From: Candidatus Arthromitus sp. SFB-mouse-Japan
Lineage (GTDB): Bacteria > Bacillota > Clostridia > Clostridiales > Clostridiaceae
Length of the DNA stretch: 32,000 bases
Assembly: GCF_000270205.1 (NCBI RefSeq)
Contig: NC_015913.1
Span: 960,001 to 992,000, forward strand
Direction: 5' to 3'
The position numbers and the translations under genes are program-made. Every line of letters starts with the position of its first letter. Within the stretch, counting starts at the first letter, position 1. The notes under the pieces were generated by a model. The model made no database searches. It was not told the DNA's origin and saw nothing but the letters and a program-made list of their open reading frames with translations. Shown here piece after piece: positions 1 to 10,955 of this stretch.

Positions 1-211
1 GACGCTTAATATCAAAATCTAAAATTGAAACTACATCACCAATTTTCACTTTATATCCAGACTTAATGACCTTTTTATTAACAAGTATCTTTTCATCGCT
101 AATAAGTCTCTGAATAAAACTTCTAGTATAAGATTCACCTAAATAATCTAAAATAAATTTATCAATTCTTTCATTTAAATTATTTTCATTATCAATAATA
201 ATTTCTTTCAT
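1..211 (-). CDS. rluD: Pseudouridine synthase, RluA/RluD family; only the N-terminal S4 domain is present (the 3' part of the gene lies beyond the window start)
   Basis: Absent from the ORF track because no stop falls in the window. Manual translation from the ATG at 211 gives MKEIIIDNENNLNERIDKFILDYLGESYTRSFIQRLISDEKILVNKKVIKSGYKVKIGDVVSILDFDIKR. The ERIDKFL...R..IQ.LI......VN...K..YK...GD pattern is typical of the S4 N-terminus of RluD-type synthases. An AGGAAG SD lies 6 nt upstream. Confidence 0.55.
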   Translation of the reverse strand, partial: MKEIIIDNENNLNERIDKFILDYLGESYTRSFIQRLISDEKILVNKKVIKSGYKVKIGDVVSILDFDIKR

Positions 212-235
212 ACATATCTTCCTAATTTTTATATA

Positions 236-271
236 AACAAAAAGCACCTAATGAAATAATCACTTAGGTGC
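236..271 (-). terminator. Rho-independent terminator closing the dcw/divIVA operon
   Basis: The minus strand reads GCACCTAA-12 nt loop-TTAGGTGC followed by TTTTTGTTTAT, 14 nt downstream of the divIVA stop. Confidence 0.6.
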
Positions 272-284
272 CAACTAAATAAAA

Positions 285-983
285 TCAACTCTCACTTATA
301 AAAAATTTCTTAATATTCTCAAGATCGGAATCAACATCTTGCGATGTTTTAAGTCTTGACGATACATTTTCATGTTCAAAAGAATTATCATCAAGATTTG
401 TTTGTACAGTAACATCATTTTCATTAGATATTATTTCTGTATTATCTTGCTCTATTTCTTTATCCTTAAAAGCTATCCCATCATCTTCAGAATTTGCTTT
501 ATCCCTAACATTATTCAAATTATAATTCTTAATAAAATCTTTCTCCAAATCTTCAAAAGTATCCATTTGAACAGTAATAAAGTTTCTAAACTTCGCTCTA
601 AATTTTACAAATTCTTGCTTAAGCCTATCATATTCTTGAGTTATAGAAACAACATCTGTATGAGCTTTATCCAAAATTTTCTTAGCAGAATCATTTGCAT
701 GCTTAATAACCATATCAGCTTCTTTTTGAGAAGAAACTTTCGCCTGCTCAGCAGCATTTTGTGCTAATAATAAAGTATTTTGAATAGTTGACTCAATTTT
801 TGAATAATGCTCAATTTTTTCATTCATAGCATTAATCTTCTCTTTAAGAAGAGAATTCTCCTTAAAAAGCTCCTCATAATCTTCAACAATCTGATCTAGA
901 AACTCATCTACTTCTTCAGGGTCATACCCCCTAAGCATTTTTCTGAATTCTTTATTTGTAATATCAACCGGAGTTATCTTCAC
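285..983 (-). CDS. divIVA: Cell-division protein DivIVA
   Basis: The N-terminus MKITPVDITNKEFRKMLRGYDPEEVDEFLDQIVEDYEELFKEN is the DivIVA domain signature, followed by a coiled-coil region. The track starts at GTG 992. GTG 983 is preferred because AGGTG sits 6 nt upstream and it gives the canonical M-x-(L/I)-T-P start. The stop is TGA. Confidence 0.9.
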   Translation of the reverse strand: MKITPVDITNKEFRKMLRGYDPEEVDEFLDQIVEDYEELFKENSLLKEKINAMNEKIEHYSKIESTIQNTLLLAQNAAEQAKVSSQKEADMVIKHANDSAKKILDKAHTDVVSITQEYDRLKQEFVKFRAKFRNFITVQMDTFEDLEKDFIKNYNLNNVRDKANSEDDGIAFKDKEIEQDNTEIISNENDVTVQTNLDDNSFEHENVSSRLKTSQDVDSDLENIKKFFISES

Positions 984-1006
984 ACTCTTCACCTCAAATA
1001 ATAAAT

Positions 1007-1783
1007 TTAAATAAACTTGTCTACAATTATCTTATTTTTATTTTTAGATGTACTTCCTAAACTCTCTTTAAATTTAAATTTACCAAATCCAGCTATAACG
1101 ATTATATCATTTTCACAAACTTTCCTATCTGGATTTGATTCAAAAATTCCATTTATCTTAACTTTACCTTCTTTTACAATAGCCTTTGCTTTATCCCTAG
1201 AAAGATTTATCAAAGACGATACTATATTATCAATACGAAGTGACGATACAATTTTATATAGAATTTCGAATCTTTTCTGAGGTAACCTATTAAATAACTC
1301 GACTGTAACATTAACTGGAGAATATCTAACTTTTGTTAAATTTTGAACTATATAATTCACAAAATCACTAACTACTGGCGTATAAACACAATTACCTTCT
1401 ATAACTAAATCACCTATTTTTTCTCTAGAAAATCCTAATGACATAATGCTTCCTAAAAAATCCCTATGTGATAATTTGCTAAATTTATCATTGTAAGATA
1501 TCTTTACCACCTTCGCAGCATTATCAAAAATCGAAACGTCAATACTTGCTAACGAAAAAGCAATTAAACATCTCTCAGCATCATCAGAAAAACCATAACC
1601 CGAAACATTAAGCTCTTTGCTAGATAAAAAATTTTTAAGAGTGTTGCAAACATTAATTGTATAAAATTCATTTGTAACAATCGTTCTTCCACTTTTCAGT
1701 GCCGATACATACAACGAAAACAGCTTGTCTGCATCTTCAATAGAATTACCACAACTTTTTATAAAATCATTCTTAGATAACAA
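1007..1783 (-). CDS. ylmH: YlmH-like RNA-binding S4-domain protein (cell-division associated)
   Basis: 258 aa with a C-terminal S4 motif (RIDNIVSSLINLSRDKAKAIVKEGKVKINGI). Its position between sepF and divIVA matches the Firmicute ylm cluster. TTG start 3 nt after the sepF stop. Confidence 0.75.
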   Translation of the reverse strand: MLSKNDFIKSCGNSIEDADKLFSLYVSALKSGRTIVTNEFYTINVCNTLKNFLSSKELNVSGYGFSDDAERCLIAFSLASIDVSIFDNAAKVVKISYNDKFSKLSHRDFLGSIMSLGFSREKIGDLVIEGNCVYTPVVSDFVNYIVQNLTKVRYSPVNVTVELFNRLPQKRFEILYKIVSSLRIDNIVSSLINLSRDKAKAIVKEGKVKINGIFESNPDRKVCENDIIVIAGFGKFKFKESLGSTSKNKNKIIVDKFI

Positions 1784-1786
1784 TTT

Positions 1787-2260
1787 TTACTTCGCCCAAC
1801 TAAACAAACTACTCTTAGTTTGTATTTCTTTTTTAAGCTCATTAGTAACTTCAACATTTGAAGGAGCCAATATGTAAATTGATTTTTCAACCTCTTGAAA
1901 TTCAGCATCAAGAGCATAGCTTGCCCCACATAAGAAGTCAACTGTTCGTTGAGCAACCTTAGGTTCTAAAATTGTTGCATTAACGATAACTATTTTTCTA
2001 TTTTTTAAGTCATCACAAATGCCTAACACTTCTTCATAAGCAACAGGTTTTATGATAGTCATTCTAGCCAAACTATTTCCTGTGTGTAAGTTAACAACCT
2101 TACCATTCAAATTTTGTGATTCCATTGTATTATTTTGTTTATTCATTGAAAAAATCTCATCATCATTATTTTGTTTAATTTCCTTTTCTAAGGAATCCTC
2201 ATATTCATCTTTCAAACCAAAAAAGCCCCATACCTTTTCAGCTGCATTTTTTAATGCCAT
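1787..2260 (-). CDS. sepF: Cell-division protein SepF
   Basis: 157 aa. The conserved C-terminal core is [65 protein letters not shown]. Confidence 0.9.
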   Translation of the reverse strand: MALKNAAEKVWGFFGLKDEYEDSLEKEIKQNNDDEIFSMNKQNNTMESQNLNGKVVNLHTGNSLARMTIIKPVAYEEVLGICDDLKNRKIVIVNATILEPKVAQRTVDFLCGASYALDAEFQEVEKSIYILAPSNVEVTNELKKEIQTKSSLFSWAK

Positions 2261-2359
2261 ACTATCTCTTACCTTCCCCCATAAATTTTCACATTGTTTA
2301 GTTAAAATATTCTATAAAAGTTCATAAAATCCTTCTTAAAAATATAGAAAATTTTTATA

Positions 2360-3124
2360 TTATTGAAGCGAAACAACAGGATGACTTTTAGTTCTAACAT
2401 CAATATATCCTGTCATTTTATTATATCCTTCATTAGAATTAATAGTATTTATAGCAATATTTAATTTTTGTCTAAGATCTGAATTATTTCCTATCTTAAT
2501 TATTATATTTTTATATCCTATAACAACGTTATAAATATCTGTTAAATCAATATAATCAAATTTTATATTCGTTTTATTTAGCTTAAGTAAACTGCTCATG
2601 TTTTTAATCCAATCTAATTCTCTACTACCATCTTCAAACAATTGATCTCCAATATTTAAGTTTCCTGAAAATTCAATTCCCTTTATTTCTAAAATTTCAA
2701 AATCTTCTTTATAATCCAACACATCAACTAGCACTGAATTTGAATCAAATATGTAAAATGAACCATTAAAATAAACATAATAATCTATAACTTTTTCCTC
2801 AAGAATAATGTTTAATTTATTTGGAAACTTTTTCTTGTATGTAACACTCTCAACATATTTATTTTGCCTTAAAGTTGTAAGATTCTGCTCTATAGAATGA
2901 AATAGAAGATTTTTATTATATAACATATTTAGTTCTTGCTTTACATACTCCGGAGATAAAAGCTTATTTCCACTAACATCTATATACTTTATATTAAACA
3001 ACGGTGAATTAATTAAAACTAATAAAAATATCACAAATATTAAAAATAATAAGATAATTCTTCTAATTAAAAATATTCTTCGTCTTCTTATCAATCTATT
3101 CTTATTTATTATTTTCTTATCCAT
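2360..3124 (-). CDS. ftsQ: Cell-division protein FtsQ/DivIB (POTRA domain)
   Basis: 254 aa with a basic N-terminus, a single TM helix, and a POTRA-like segment IKYIDVSGNKLLSPEYVKQEL. It sits in the dcw cluster after ftsW. Confidence 0.8.
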   Translation of the reverse strand: MDKKIINKNRLIRRRRIFLIRRIILLFLIFVIFLLVLINSPLFNIKYIDVSGNKLLSPEYVKQELNMLYNKNLLFHSIEQNLTTLRQNKYVESVTYKKKFPNKLNIILEEKVIDYYVYFNGSFYIFDSNSVLVDVLDYKEDFEILEIKGIEFSGNLNIGDQLFEDGSRELDWIKNMSSLLKLNKTNIKFDYIDLTDIYNVVIGYKNIIIKIGNNSDLRQKLNIAINTINSNEGYNKMTGYIDVRTKSHPVVSLQ

Positions 3125-3148
3125 ATAATATAAGTTTACCTCGTATCG

Positions 3149-4309
3149 CTACCATTTGACCCTATTTCTAGATACATTTAAAAGAATTCCAACGGCTGTC
3201 ATATTAAACAACAATGATGACCCTCCATAACTTATAAATGGAAGTGGAACTCCAGTAACAGGCATAGTACCAGTAACAACAGCTAAATTTATAATTGCCT
3301 GTATTGCAATAACAGATGTTATTCCCATTGCAAGTAATGTTCCAAAATTATCTTTACATTTTATAGCAATAACAATTCCTCTCCATATCAAAATTGCAAA
3401 TAAAAATATAATTATTAACCCTCCTAAAAATCCTGTTTCTTCTGCTATAACTGAAAATATAAAATCATTATGTGGTTCAGGCAAATAATAAGCCTTTTGT
3501 CTAGACATTCCAAATCCTAAACCTAAAAATCCTCCAGAACCTAATGCTAATAATGACTGAATCAATTGATATCCATCTCCCCTAGGATCTGCCCATGGAT
3601 CCATAAAACTCATAAGTCTCTTCAATCTATAAGGAGCTGCAAGTATAAGAGTCATACCAGCTGCAAGACCAATACCACCTAACGTAAAAAGATGCTTCTT
3701 TTTAGCCCCCGATACTGTTATAAGAATAAATGCAACAAACATTATAACAGATGTTATGCTGAGATTCTTTTCGGCAAGAACAAGTCCTGCAAAAATTCCG
3801 GCTACCATAAGTGTTGGAAACACTCCTGACCAAAATTTCTTTATTTCATCCCCTTTCTTATCCAAACTCCTCGCAAGATATATAACTACAACATACTTTG
3901 CCATTTCAGATGGTTGAAGCGACAAAGGTCCTAACTGTATCCATCTTTGAGCTCCATTTATTGGAGGAAATAAGAAAACCAACAATAAAAGTATTATTGT
4001 TATTATCATCAACGTTACAACAAGTCTTGGATTTCTAAATTTATGGTAATCCCACCTTATAAAGAAAACTATAGATACAGCACCCGCAAATACAAATATC
4101 AATTGTCTTTTTAAATAATACATACTATCTTGAAGTTCATTGGCAGCCCTATAAGAACTTGCACTATATATCATTATCGCCCCAATAGCAACAAGAAGTA
4201 TTACGGTATAAAATAAAATGTAATCAATCTCACCATCTGCCTTGTTTAATTTAAAAAGTCTAGATATTCTAGTACTTTTAGGATTCAATTCATTTTCGTT
4301 ATTTTCCAT
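3149..4309 (-). CDS. ftsW: SEDS-family peptidoglycan glycosyltransferase FtsW (FtsW/RodA/SpoVE family)
   Basis: 386 aa polytopic membrane protein. SEDS hallmarks include LQPSEMAKY, HNDFIFSVIAEETGF and PLPFISYGGSS. Confidence 0.9.
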   Translation of the reverse strand: MENNENELNPKSTRISRLFKLNKADGEIDYILFYTVILLVAIGAIMIYSASSYRAANELQDSMYYLKRQLIFVFAGAVSIVFFIRWDYHKFRNPRLVVTLMIITIILLLLVFLFPPINGAQRWIQLGPLSLQPSEMAKYVVVIYLARSLDKKGDEIKKFWSGVFPTLMVAGIFAGLVLAEKNLSITSVIMFVAFILITVSGAKKKHLFTLGGIGLAAGMTLILAAPYRLKRLMSFMDPWADPRGDGYQLIQSLLALGSGGFLGLGFGMSRQKAYYLPEPHNDFIFSVIAEETGFLGGLIIIFLFAILIWRGIVIAIKCKDNFGTLLAMGITSVIAIQAIINLAVVTGTMPVTGVPLPFISYGGSSLLFNMTAVGILLNVSRNRVKW

Positions 4310-4325
4310 ACAAGCGTCATTCCTT

Positions 4326-5297
4326 TCACAGCATTAAAAAAGACAAAATGCATGCTATTAATGTAATTGTACCGAACACATAAACAATTTTGTTTTCGCT
4401 CCAACCCAAATGTTCAAAATGGTGATGTATAGGTGCCATCTTAAACACTCTCTTCTTCGTTAACTTGTATACTAAAACTTGAATGATAACGGATAATGTT
4501 TCAATAACATAAATAATTCCTACAAAAATCATTATAACTTCAATTTTAAATATAAATGCGATTGCTGCAATCGCTCCACCCAGAGCAAGAGATCCTGTAT
4601 CACCCATAAAAACCTTGGCAGGATTGACATTAAATATTAAAAATGCCATTAATGCTCCAACAAGTATGAATGCAAAAATGCTTAAATCAATTTTCCCAAT
4701 CATAAATCCAACTACAAACAAAAACAACAATACAATTATTGATACAACTGTAGCTAGTCCATCTAATCCATCTGTTAAATTAACAGCATTAGTTACACCA
4801 GTAAAATAAACAAACAAAAACGGTAAATAAAAAAATGATAAATTTATAGTACTATTTAAAAATGGAATATATATCATCCTAAAGTCTTGATAATCTTTAG
4901 TGGTAAAATATATAGCCAAACTTATAATAATCAATAATGCCATCTTTTGATATGCTCTTAAACCCAAATTATTTTTTCGTAAAATCTTTAGATAATCATC
5001 CAAAAATCCAACAAATCCAAAAGATAAAAATATACCTAAAGCTATAATAACTTCATTAGAAAATGTCCCAACATAAATTATTGAATATAAGATCGTAACT
5101 ATTGTTGTAGCAACTATAAAAATTAAACCACCTATTGTTGGTGTTCCTTGTTTTTTTAAATGGGATTGTGGTCCCTCTTCTCTTATACTTTGTCCATATT
5201 TCATACGATGTAAAATTGGAATTAAAATTTTGCCTAATATGTACGCTAAAACAAATGAACAAATCAAAGGAAGAACTAATAATACTAATATTTCCAT
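4326..5297 (-). CDS. mraY: Phospho-N-acetylmuramoyl-pentapeptide transferase MraY
   Basis: 323 aa. Motifs: KKQGTPTIGG, NAVNLTDGLDGLA, FMGDTGSLALGG and APIHHHFE. Confidence 0.95.
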   Translation of the reverse strand: MEILVLLVLPLICSFVLAYILGKILIPILHRMKYGQSIREEGPQSHLKKQGTPTIGGLIFIVATTIVTILYSIIYVGTFSNEVIIALGIFLSFGFVGFLDDYLKILRKNNLGLRAYQKMALLIIISLAIYFTTKDYQDFRMIYIPFLNSTINLSFFYLPFLFVYFTGVTNAVNLTDGLDGLATVVSIIVLLFLFVVGFMIGKIDLSIFAFILVGALMAFLIFNVNPAKVFMGDTGSLALGGAIAAIAFIFKIEVIMIFVGIIYVIETLSVIIQVLVYKLTKKRVFKMAPIHHHFEHLGWSENKIVYVFGTITLIACILSFLML

Positions 5298-5350
5298 AAA
5301 TACGCCTAAACTTATACAGCCATATAAGTTTAGTCCCTCCCTTTCATTTC

Positions 5351-6715
5351 TTAAAATATATTTTTTATACTCTCAACAACTCGCTCGAGTTTAGCTGATC
5401 GAGAAGCTTTAACAAGCACAGTTTCATTCCCATTTAAGATGCTCTTTATATTTTTTTCAAACTCTTCTACATCCTCAAATAAAAAGCAATTTTCTTTGCT
5501 ATTAAAATTAATACAATACTCATTTCTATATTTCCCAATGGCTATCAGTTTATCTGATCTACCATTAACATACTCAGAAATTTCTCTGTAATATTTATCT
5601 GCAAACTCTCCGATCTCTGCCATATCACCTAAAATACATACTTTTTCATTTTGGTATAAAGAAAGTATATCTAATGCACTCTTAATAGAAGTTGGACTCG
5701 CATTATAACAATCATTTATAATCGTAATATCTTTATATTTAATTATCTCCTGCCTCATACTAGCTGGAGTTAATGAATCAAATTTATTTCTAACAACATC
5801 CATGGGAATATTAAAGATTTCACATAATTTAAACGCGATAAGAGAATTTAGTACATTATGTTTACCATTGATTGGCAATGCAACTGTTTCATTCTTTCCA
5901 TTATATAAAACATCGAATTTAATCTTATTTAATGATATTTCCTCATTACTCGCATACATATCACATTCTTCAGAAAATCCGATCCTACTAACTATAAAAT
6001 CTGACGACTGAACTGTCTTTAATAAATCATCCTCATTATTTACAATTAAAATATCATCTTGATCAAAATAATTTACTATCTCCATTTTAGCTTTGAATAT
6101 ATTTTCCTTCGTTTTCAAAAACTCTATATGACTTACTCCAATGTTTGTTATAACCCCAATATGTGGCCTTAAAATACTCACTAAATGATCAATCTCACCC
6201 ATCTTGTTCATTCCAACTTCAAATACACCAATTTCAGCATCATCATCGATATTAACAAGGGACATAGGCATACCCAAATGATTATTAAGATTTCCAAAAC
6301 TTTTATAAACTTTATAATTTGAAGATAAAAAATCATAAATCAAATCTTTTGTAGTCGTCTTACCCACTGATCCTGTTACAGCTATCAAATCTATATCTAA
6401 TTTTGACCTTACATAAATAGCAAGATTATTAAGTGCCTCAAGTGTATTGTCAACTAATATAATGGAAACATCATAAGGATCAAATTCTTTATCAACAAAA
6501 TAATTTCTATCAATAATACAGAGCTTAACTCCTTTCTTTATTGCATCAAAAATATACTTATTACCATCAAAATTTTCTCCTCTTATTGCCAAAAATATAT
6601 CTTGATCATTTATAGTTCTAGTGTCGATCGATATCTTATTAAATTCACGATATGTACCTTTAATTAGCAAATCCCCAAAGACACATTTAACAATTTCCTC
6701 AATATTAAGAGTCAT
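5351..6715 (-). CDS. murF: UDP-N-acetylmuramoyl-tripeptide--D-alanyl-D-alanine ligase MurF
   Basis: Mur ligase P-loop AVTGSVGKTTTKD and MurF length. The track starts at TTG 6748. ATG 6715 is preferred because GAAGGTG lies 8 nt upstream. Confidence 0.9.
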   Translation of the reverse strand: MTLNIEEIVKCVFGDLLIKGTYREFNKISIDTRTINDQDIFLAIRGENFDGNKYIFDAIKKGVKLCIIDRNYFVDKEFDPYDVSIILVDNTLEALNNLAIYVRSKLDIDLIAVTGSVGKTTTKDLIYDFLSSNYKVYKSFGNLNNHLGMPMSLVNIDDDAEIGVFEVGMNKMGEIDHLVSILRPHIGVITNIGVSHIEFLKTKENIFKAKMEIVNYFDQDDILIVNNEDDLLKTVQSSDFIVSRIGFSEECDMYASNEEISLNKIKFDVLYNGKNETVALPINGKHNVLNSLIAFKLCEIFNIPMDVVRNKFDSLTPASMRQEIIKYKDITIINDCYNASPTSIKSALDILSLYQNEKVCILGDMAEIGEFADKYYREISEYVNGRSDKLIAIGKYRNEYCINFNSKENCFLFEDVEEFEKNIKSILNGNETVLVKASRSAKLERVVESIKNIF

Positions 6716-6749
6716 TCTTATCACACCTTCAAAATAAAATATTGTCAAA

Positions 6750-8210
6750 TTATTTCTGTTTTAATATTTCATCAATGACTTCTCTTTCATCAAAATGTAT
6801 AACCTTATCTTTCAATATTTGATAATCCTCATGTCCTTTGCCTGCTATCAAAATTATATCATTAGTTTTTCTGTTTTTTATAGATTTTTTTATCGCATCA
6901 AATCGACTTATTACAACTTCATAATTCGACTTATTAACACCTGCAACAATATCATTTATTATGGATTCAGGATCTTCACTTCTCGGATTATCAGAAGTTA
7001 TATAAACATAATCACTAAGCTCTGATGCAATTTTCCCAATTTGTGGTCGTTTCTCTTTATCTCTGTCTCCACCACATCCAACTACACAAATAATTCTTCC
7101 TTTGGAAATATTTCTTAAGGTAGAAAGACAATTTTTAAGACCATCTGGCGTATGTGCATAATCCAAATAAATGTCACAATCTAATCCATATTTTTTAGAA
7201 ACATTTTCGAGTCTTCCGACTACAAAAATATTTTTTAAACTTTCATTAATTACATTTACCGAAATTCCCTCATTAAGTGCTATAGCAATGCAAGGTATAG
7301 CATTATATACATTAAACTTTCCTACAAGGTTGTAATCAAATTCATACCTATTACCAAATTTATCACAGACAGTAAACTTTGTTGAGTTATCATTAAACAC
7401 AATATCCTTCGCAACAAAATCATTCATATTTTCATCAAGACCATATGTAATAACATTCGAAGAAATCATATCAATTATTTTTCTTCCATATTCATCGTCT
7501 TTGTTTATAATAATTCTCTCACTATTTTCAAATAATTTAAATTTAGCATTAAAATATTCTGAAAAATTCTTATGAAAATCTAAGTGATCTTGAGTTAAAT
7601 TCGTAAAAATTCCATAATCAAATTTAATCCCATAAACCCTATCCAATTCCAAAGCATGTGAAGATACCTCTATAAAACAATACTCAACACCTTCTTTATC
7701 CATTTCATTCAACAAAGAGTTTAACTGTAAAGCTCCTGGTGTTGTACCTTCAGACTTTATTTTCTTATCATTGATAAAGTTACTTATAGTACCTATAACT
7801 CCCGTTTTAAAACCAGCATTCCTAAAAATCTCTCTAAGAATAAATGTCGTTGTAGTTTTACCATTTGTCCCTGTAACACCAATAATCTTAAATTTTTCAT
7901 GTGGTCTTCCATAAAAATTTATGGACGCTACTGATAAAGCTTTTCGTGTATCCTTAACACAAATCAAAGTAACACTACCTACAAAATCAAACCTGCTTCC
8001 ATAATTACTATCAACAACAATAGCTTTAACTCCCTTTGATAAAGCTAAATCAATAAAATTATGACCGTCAAAATTATATCCTCTTATACAAAAAAACAAA
8101 TCTCCATCCAAAATATCATTTGTATTATCCGTTATTTTATTAATATCTACATCATCACTTCCAGAAATAATTTCATAATCAAATGACTTAAACAATTCTG
8201 ATACTCTCAT
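6750..8210 (-). CDS. murE: UDP-N-acetylmuramoyl-L-alanyl-D-glutamate--2,6-diaminopimelate ligase MurE
   Basis: 486 aa with P-loop GVTGTNGKTTT. It contains the DNPR motif (ITSDNPRSEDP), which established MurE work associates with meso-DAP-adding enzymes. Confidence 0.9.
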   Translation of the reverse strand: MRVSELFKSFDYEIISGSDDVDINKITDNTNDILDGDLFFCIRGYNFDGHNFIDLALSKGVKAIVVDSNYGSRFDFVGSVTLICVKDTRKALSVASINFYGRPHEKFKIIGVTGTNGKTTTTFILREIFRNAGFKTGVIGTISNFINDKKIKSEGTTPGALQLNSLLNEMDKEGVEYCFIEVSSHALELDRVYGIKFDYGIFTNLTQDHLDFHKNFSEYFNAKFKLFENSERIIINKDDEYGRKIIDMISSNVITYGLDENMNDFVAKDIVFNDNSTKFTVCDKFGNRYEFDYNLVGKFNVYNAIPCIAIALNEGISVNVINESLKNIFVVGRLENVSKKYGLDCDIYLDYAHTPDGLKNCLSTLRNISKGRIICVVGCGGDRDKEKRPQIGKIASELSDYVYITSDNPRSEDPESIINDIVAGVNKSNYEVVISRFDAIKKSIKNRKTNDIILIAGKGHEDYQILKDKVIHFDEREVIDEILKQK

Positions 8211-8267
8211 ATTCCCTCCAGTATTATAATTAAAGAAGGATAAAAATCCTTCTTTAATTATTTTTTA

Positions 8268-10454
8268 TTAATGAATATCTTTAACACTAAAGATTAATTC
8301 TACTACATCGCCCTTTTCTATTATTTTTCCTGCTTCAATGCTCTGACTGACAAGAAGTCCTTCACCACTTATATTATACTTAAGACCAATACTCTCAAGT
8401 ATCTCAATGGCCCCCTGCTTGCTATAACCGTACAGATCGGGCATCAAAACCTGTTTATCTATCTGCGAAGAATCACCTCTATATATAACTATCTTAGTTC
8501 CTTCTTTAACTGAATAACCTGGTTTTGGTGTAATATCTACAATCTTATCACCCTCGCCAACAGTTTCATAATCTAAATTTAATTCTTTTAATAATTGTTG
8601 TCCATCTTTAACACCAAATTCTCTAATCTCAGGAACTATTACATCTTTAAGTAAGCTTTTTCTAACCTCTTCATCTGTAGACTTAACGTCTATAGCTAAA
8701 TAATTAAATATATCTGAGAATAATTGTCTAGCAACAGGCGTTGTAATTACACCAGCATAATACTCGCCAGCTGAAGGCTCATCAATTGAAATAAATATAC
8801 TAACCTTTGGATCACTTGCTGGTGCAAAACCAACGAATGATGAAATATATTTCCCTGCTCCATAAGTTCCTGTTTCAGTATCAACCTTTTGGGCTGTACC
8901 AGTCTTACCAGCTATTTCATAGCCTTCAATAAAAGCTCTTGAACCAGAACCCTCAGATACAACTGACTCAAGTATATCTCTCATGAGAGCTGAACTTTCT
9001 TCACTTACAACACGTTTCTCCCCATAATCATCAAATTTTTCATCAACAATATAATTAAATTCATCATCATAATGAGAAACTTCTTTCATAAAATGCGGTC
9101 TAACCCAAACTCCATCATTCGCAACGGCATTAACAGCTGCTAAAAATTGAATAGGAGTAGTTGTATTTGTTTGACCGAATGAAATTGTTGCAAGATCAAC
9201 AGTTGATATATTTTCAACCTTCTTTATAATTCCTTTAGCTTCTCCAGATAAATCTAGTCCTGTCTTCTGACCAAATCCAAATTTTTCTATATATTTACTT
9301 AACTTCTCTGCTCCAAGTCTTTCCCCAATCTCCATAGTTCCAACATTACATGAATTTTGAAGAACTCCTTTAAAATCTAAAGTTCCATGACCTGTTCTCT
9401 TCCAGCAGTGTATAATCCTTCCTCCAACTTCCTTGTGTCCATTACAAACAAAAGTATCTGATTCAGATACAAGTCCTTCTTCAATGGCCGCAATAGCAGT
9501 AATAATTTTAAATATAGATCCAGGTTCATATATGTCATTAACCGCTTTATTCCTCCAAAGTTTTTGAAGTTCATCATAAGTAGCAACTTCATCTCTTACG
9601 GTATTAGGATTAAAATCTGGCTTATTGACCATTGCTAAAATTTCACCATTTTCAGGATTCATAACAATAACCGAAACTGCCTTTGCTTTATTATCATCAA
9701 GTGCTTGCTTTGCAACTTTTTCAGCAAAGAACTGTATCTTTTCATCAATTGTCAAAACAACATTTTTACCATCAATAGGTTCTATGTACTCACTTATTGA
9801 ATATGGAAGATCTCTTGATTTTGCATCAAGCTCAACTATTCTAAAACCATCTACACCTGTAAGTTGTTCATCATACATAAGCTCAATTCCTGTAAGACCT
9901 CTTCCATCAATGTCTGTTGACCCAAGCACATGAGCTAAATAAGCATTATTTGGATAATACCTCTTTGTATCAGGAGAAATAATTATACCAGATATATTAA
10001 GTTCTTGAACTTTATCTACCTTTTGCTTTTCAACTCTTCTTATCAAATAAGCTGATCCTGCTGGATTACCTTTACTATCCTTAGTATTTAAAACTTTCAA
10101 TACTTTCTGTTCATCCATCTCCAAAGCTTCAGATATTTTAGGAGCAATGTCTTCATATGTCAAAGAATTATTCTCTAAATATTCACGTATCGTCTTCAAA
10201 TCTAAATCAACACGATAAACATTAGCACTAACAGCTAATTCTTTTAAATTTCTATCTAAAATCGATCCCCTTCTCGCTTGAATTTTAACAGAACTAGTCC
10301 ATTGATCTTCTGCTATAGCGTAATACTCATCTCCCTTTATAATCATAACCCTAAAAAGATTAGCTAAAATGACTGATATCAAAAAATAAAATATAAACAT
10401 AGTCACTATAGCTCTTTTCTTCATCAAAAATCTATCGGTAAACTTATGTTTCAT
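8268..10454 (-). CDS. Class B penicillin-binding protein (FtsI/PBP2B/SpoVD type) with two C-terminal PASTA domains
   Basis: 728 aa with an N-terminal TM anchor. Transpeptidase triad: SIFK (SxxK), SCN (SxN), KTGTA. Two ~60-aa PASTA-like repeats at the C-terminus (VIVPEIREFG..., VLMPDLYGYS...). Confidence 0.9.
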   Translation of the reverse strand: MKHKFTDRFLMKKRAIVTMFIFYFLISVILANLFRVMIIKGDEYYAIAEDQWTSSVKIQARRGSILDRNLKELAVSANVYRVDLDLKTIREYLENNSLTYEDIAPKISEALEMDEQKVLKVLNTKDSKGNPAGSAYLIRRVEKQKVDKVQELNISGIIISPDTKRYYPNNAYLAHVLGSTDIDGRGLTGIELMYDEQLTGVDGFRIVELDAKSRDLPYSISEYIEPIDGKNVVLTIDEKIQFFAEKVAKQALDDNKAKAVSVIVMNPENGEILAMVNKPDFNPNTVRDEVATYDELQKLWRNKAVNDIYEPGSIFKIITAIAAIEEGLVSESDTFVCNGHKEVGGRIIHCWKRTGHGTLDFKGVLQNSCNVGTMEIGERLGAEKLSKYIEKFGFGQKTGLDLSGEAKGIIKKVENISTVDLATISFGQTNTTTPIQFLAAVNAVANDGVWVRPHFMKEVSHYDDEFNYIVDEKFDDYGEKRVVSEESSALMRDILESVVSEGSGSRAFIEGYEIAGKTGTAQKVDTETGTYGAGKYISSFVGFAPASDPKVSIFISIDEPSAGEYYAGVITTPVARQLFSDIFNYLAIDVKSTDEEVRKSLLKDVIVPEIREFGVKDGQQLLKELNLDYETVGEGDKIVDITPKPGYSVKEGTKIVIYRGDSSQIDKQVLMPDLYGYSKQGAIEILESIGLKYNISGEGLLVSQSIEAGKIIEKGDVVELIFSVKDIH

Positions 10455-10499
10455 GATTCACCTCTTTAAATAATAAAGAATCTAGATATATAATCTCCT

Positions 10500-10922
10500 C
10501 TATTCCTTTCCCATTATTTTATCATATATCCTAATAATAAACGGTCTATTGGGCTCTTCCTTTACTTCAACATCAAAATTATCTTTACTTAAATCAACAA
10601 ATACAGAGTCACCAAGCTTAGCTGGAGTCATTCCTAAAAATTCTGCATATTCCATAACTTTATCAAACCCTTTTAGATTCAAAATCTCAAGTTGTAAACT
10701 TTCAAGTTCCTCTGTCAATCTACTAATTTGGGATTTCAAAACATTAACTTCCCTTTGCTTTTTATAGACCTTAGAACTGCTACTAATAAGAAATGCACTA
10801 CAAATAATAAAAAATATAAACGTACAAAAAAAACTGCGTCTAACATAAATGTTAAAGGAACGTTTTTTTATAGACATCACCTCTTCTTCTTGACCATTAA
10901 AAATTTTTTTATTTTCTTCCAT
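10500..10922 (-). CDS. ftsL: Cell-division protein FtsL-like (TM helix plus coiled coil)
   Basis: 140 aa with a single TM helix (FFCTFIFFIICSAFLISS) followed by a leucine-zipper-like LKSQISRLTEELESLQLEILNL. Located between rsmH and the PBP gene. AAGGTGA SD. Confidence 0.7.
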   Translation of the reverse strand: MEENKKIFNGQEEEVMSIKKRSFNIYVRRSFFCTFIFFIICSAFLISSSSKVYKKQREVNVLKSQISRLTEELESLQLEILNLKGFDKVMEYAEFLGMTPAKLGDSVFVDLSKDNFDVEVKEEPNRPFIIRIYDKIMGKE

Positions 10923-10955
10923 GTTTACTCACCTTTTAAGAATTTTATTACTTAA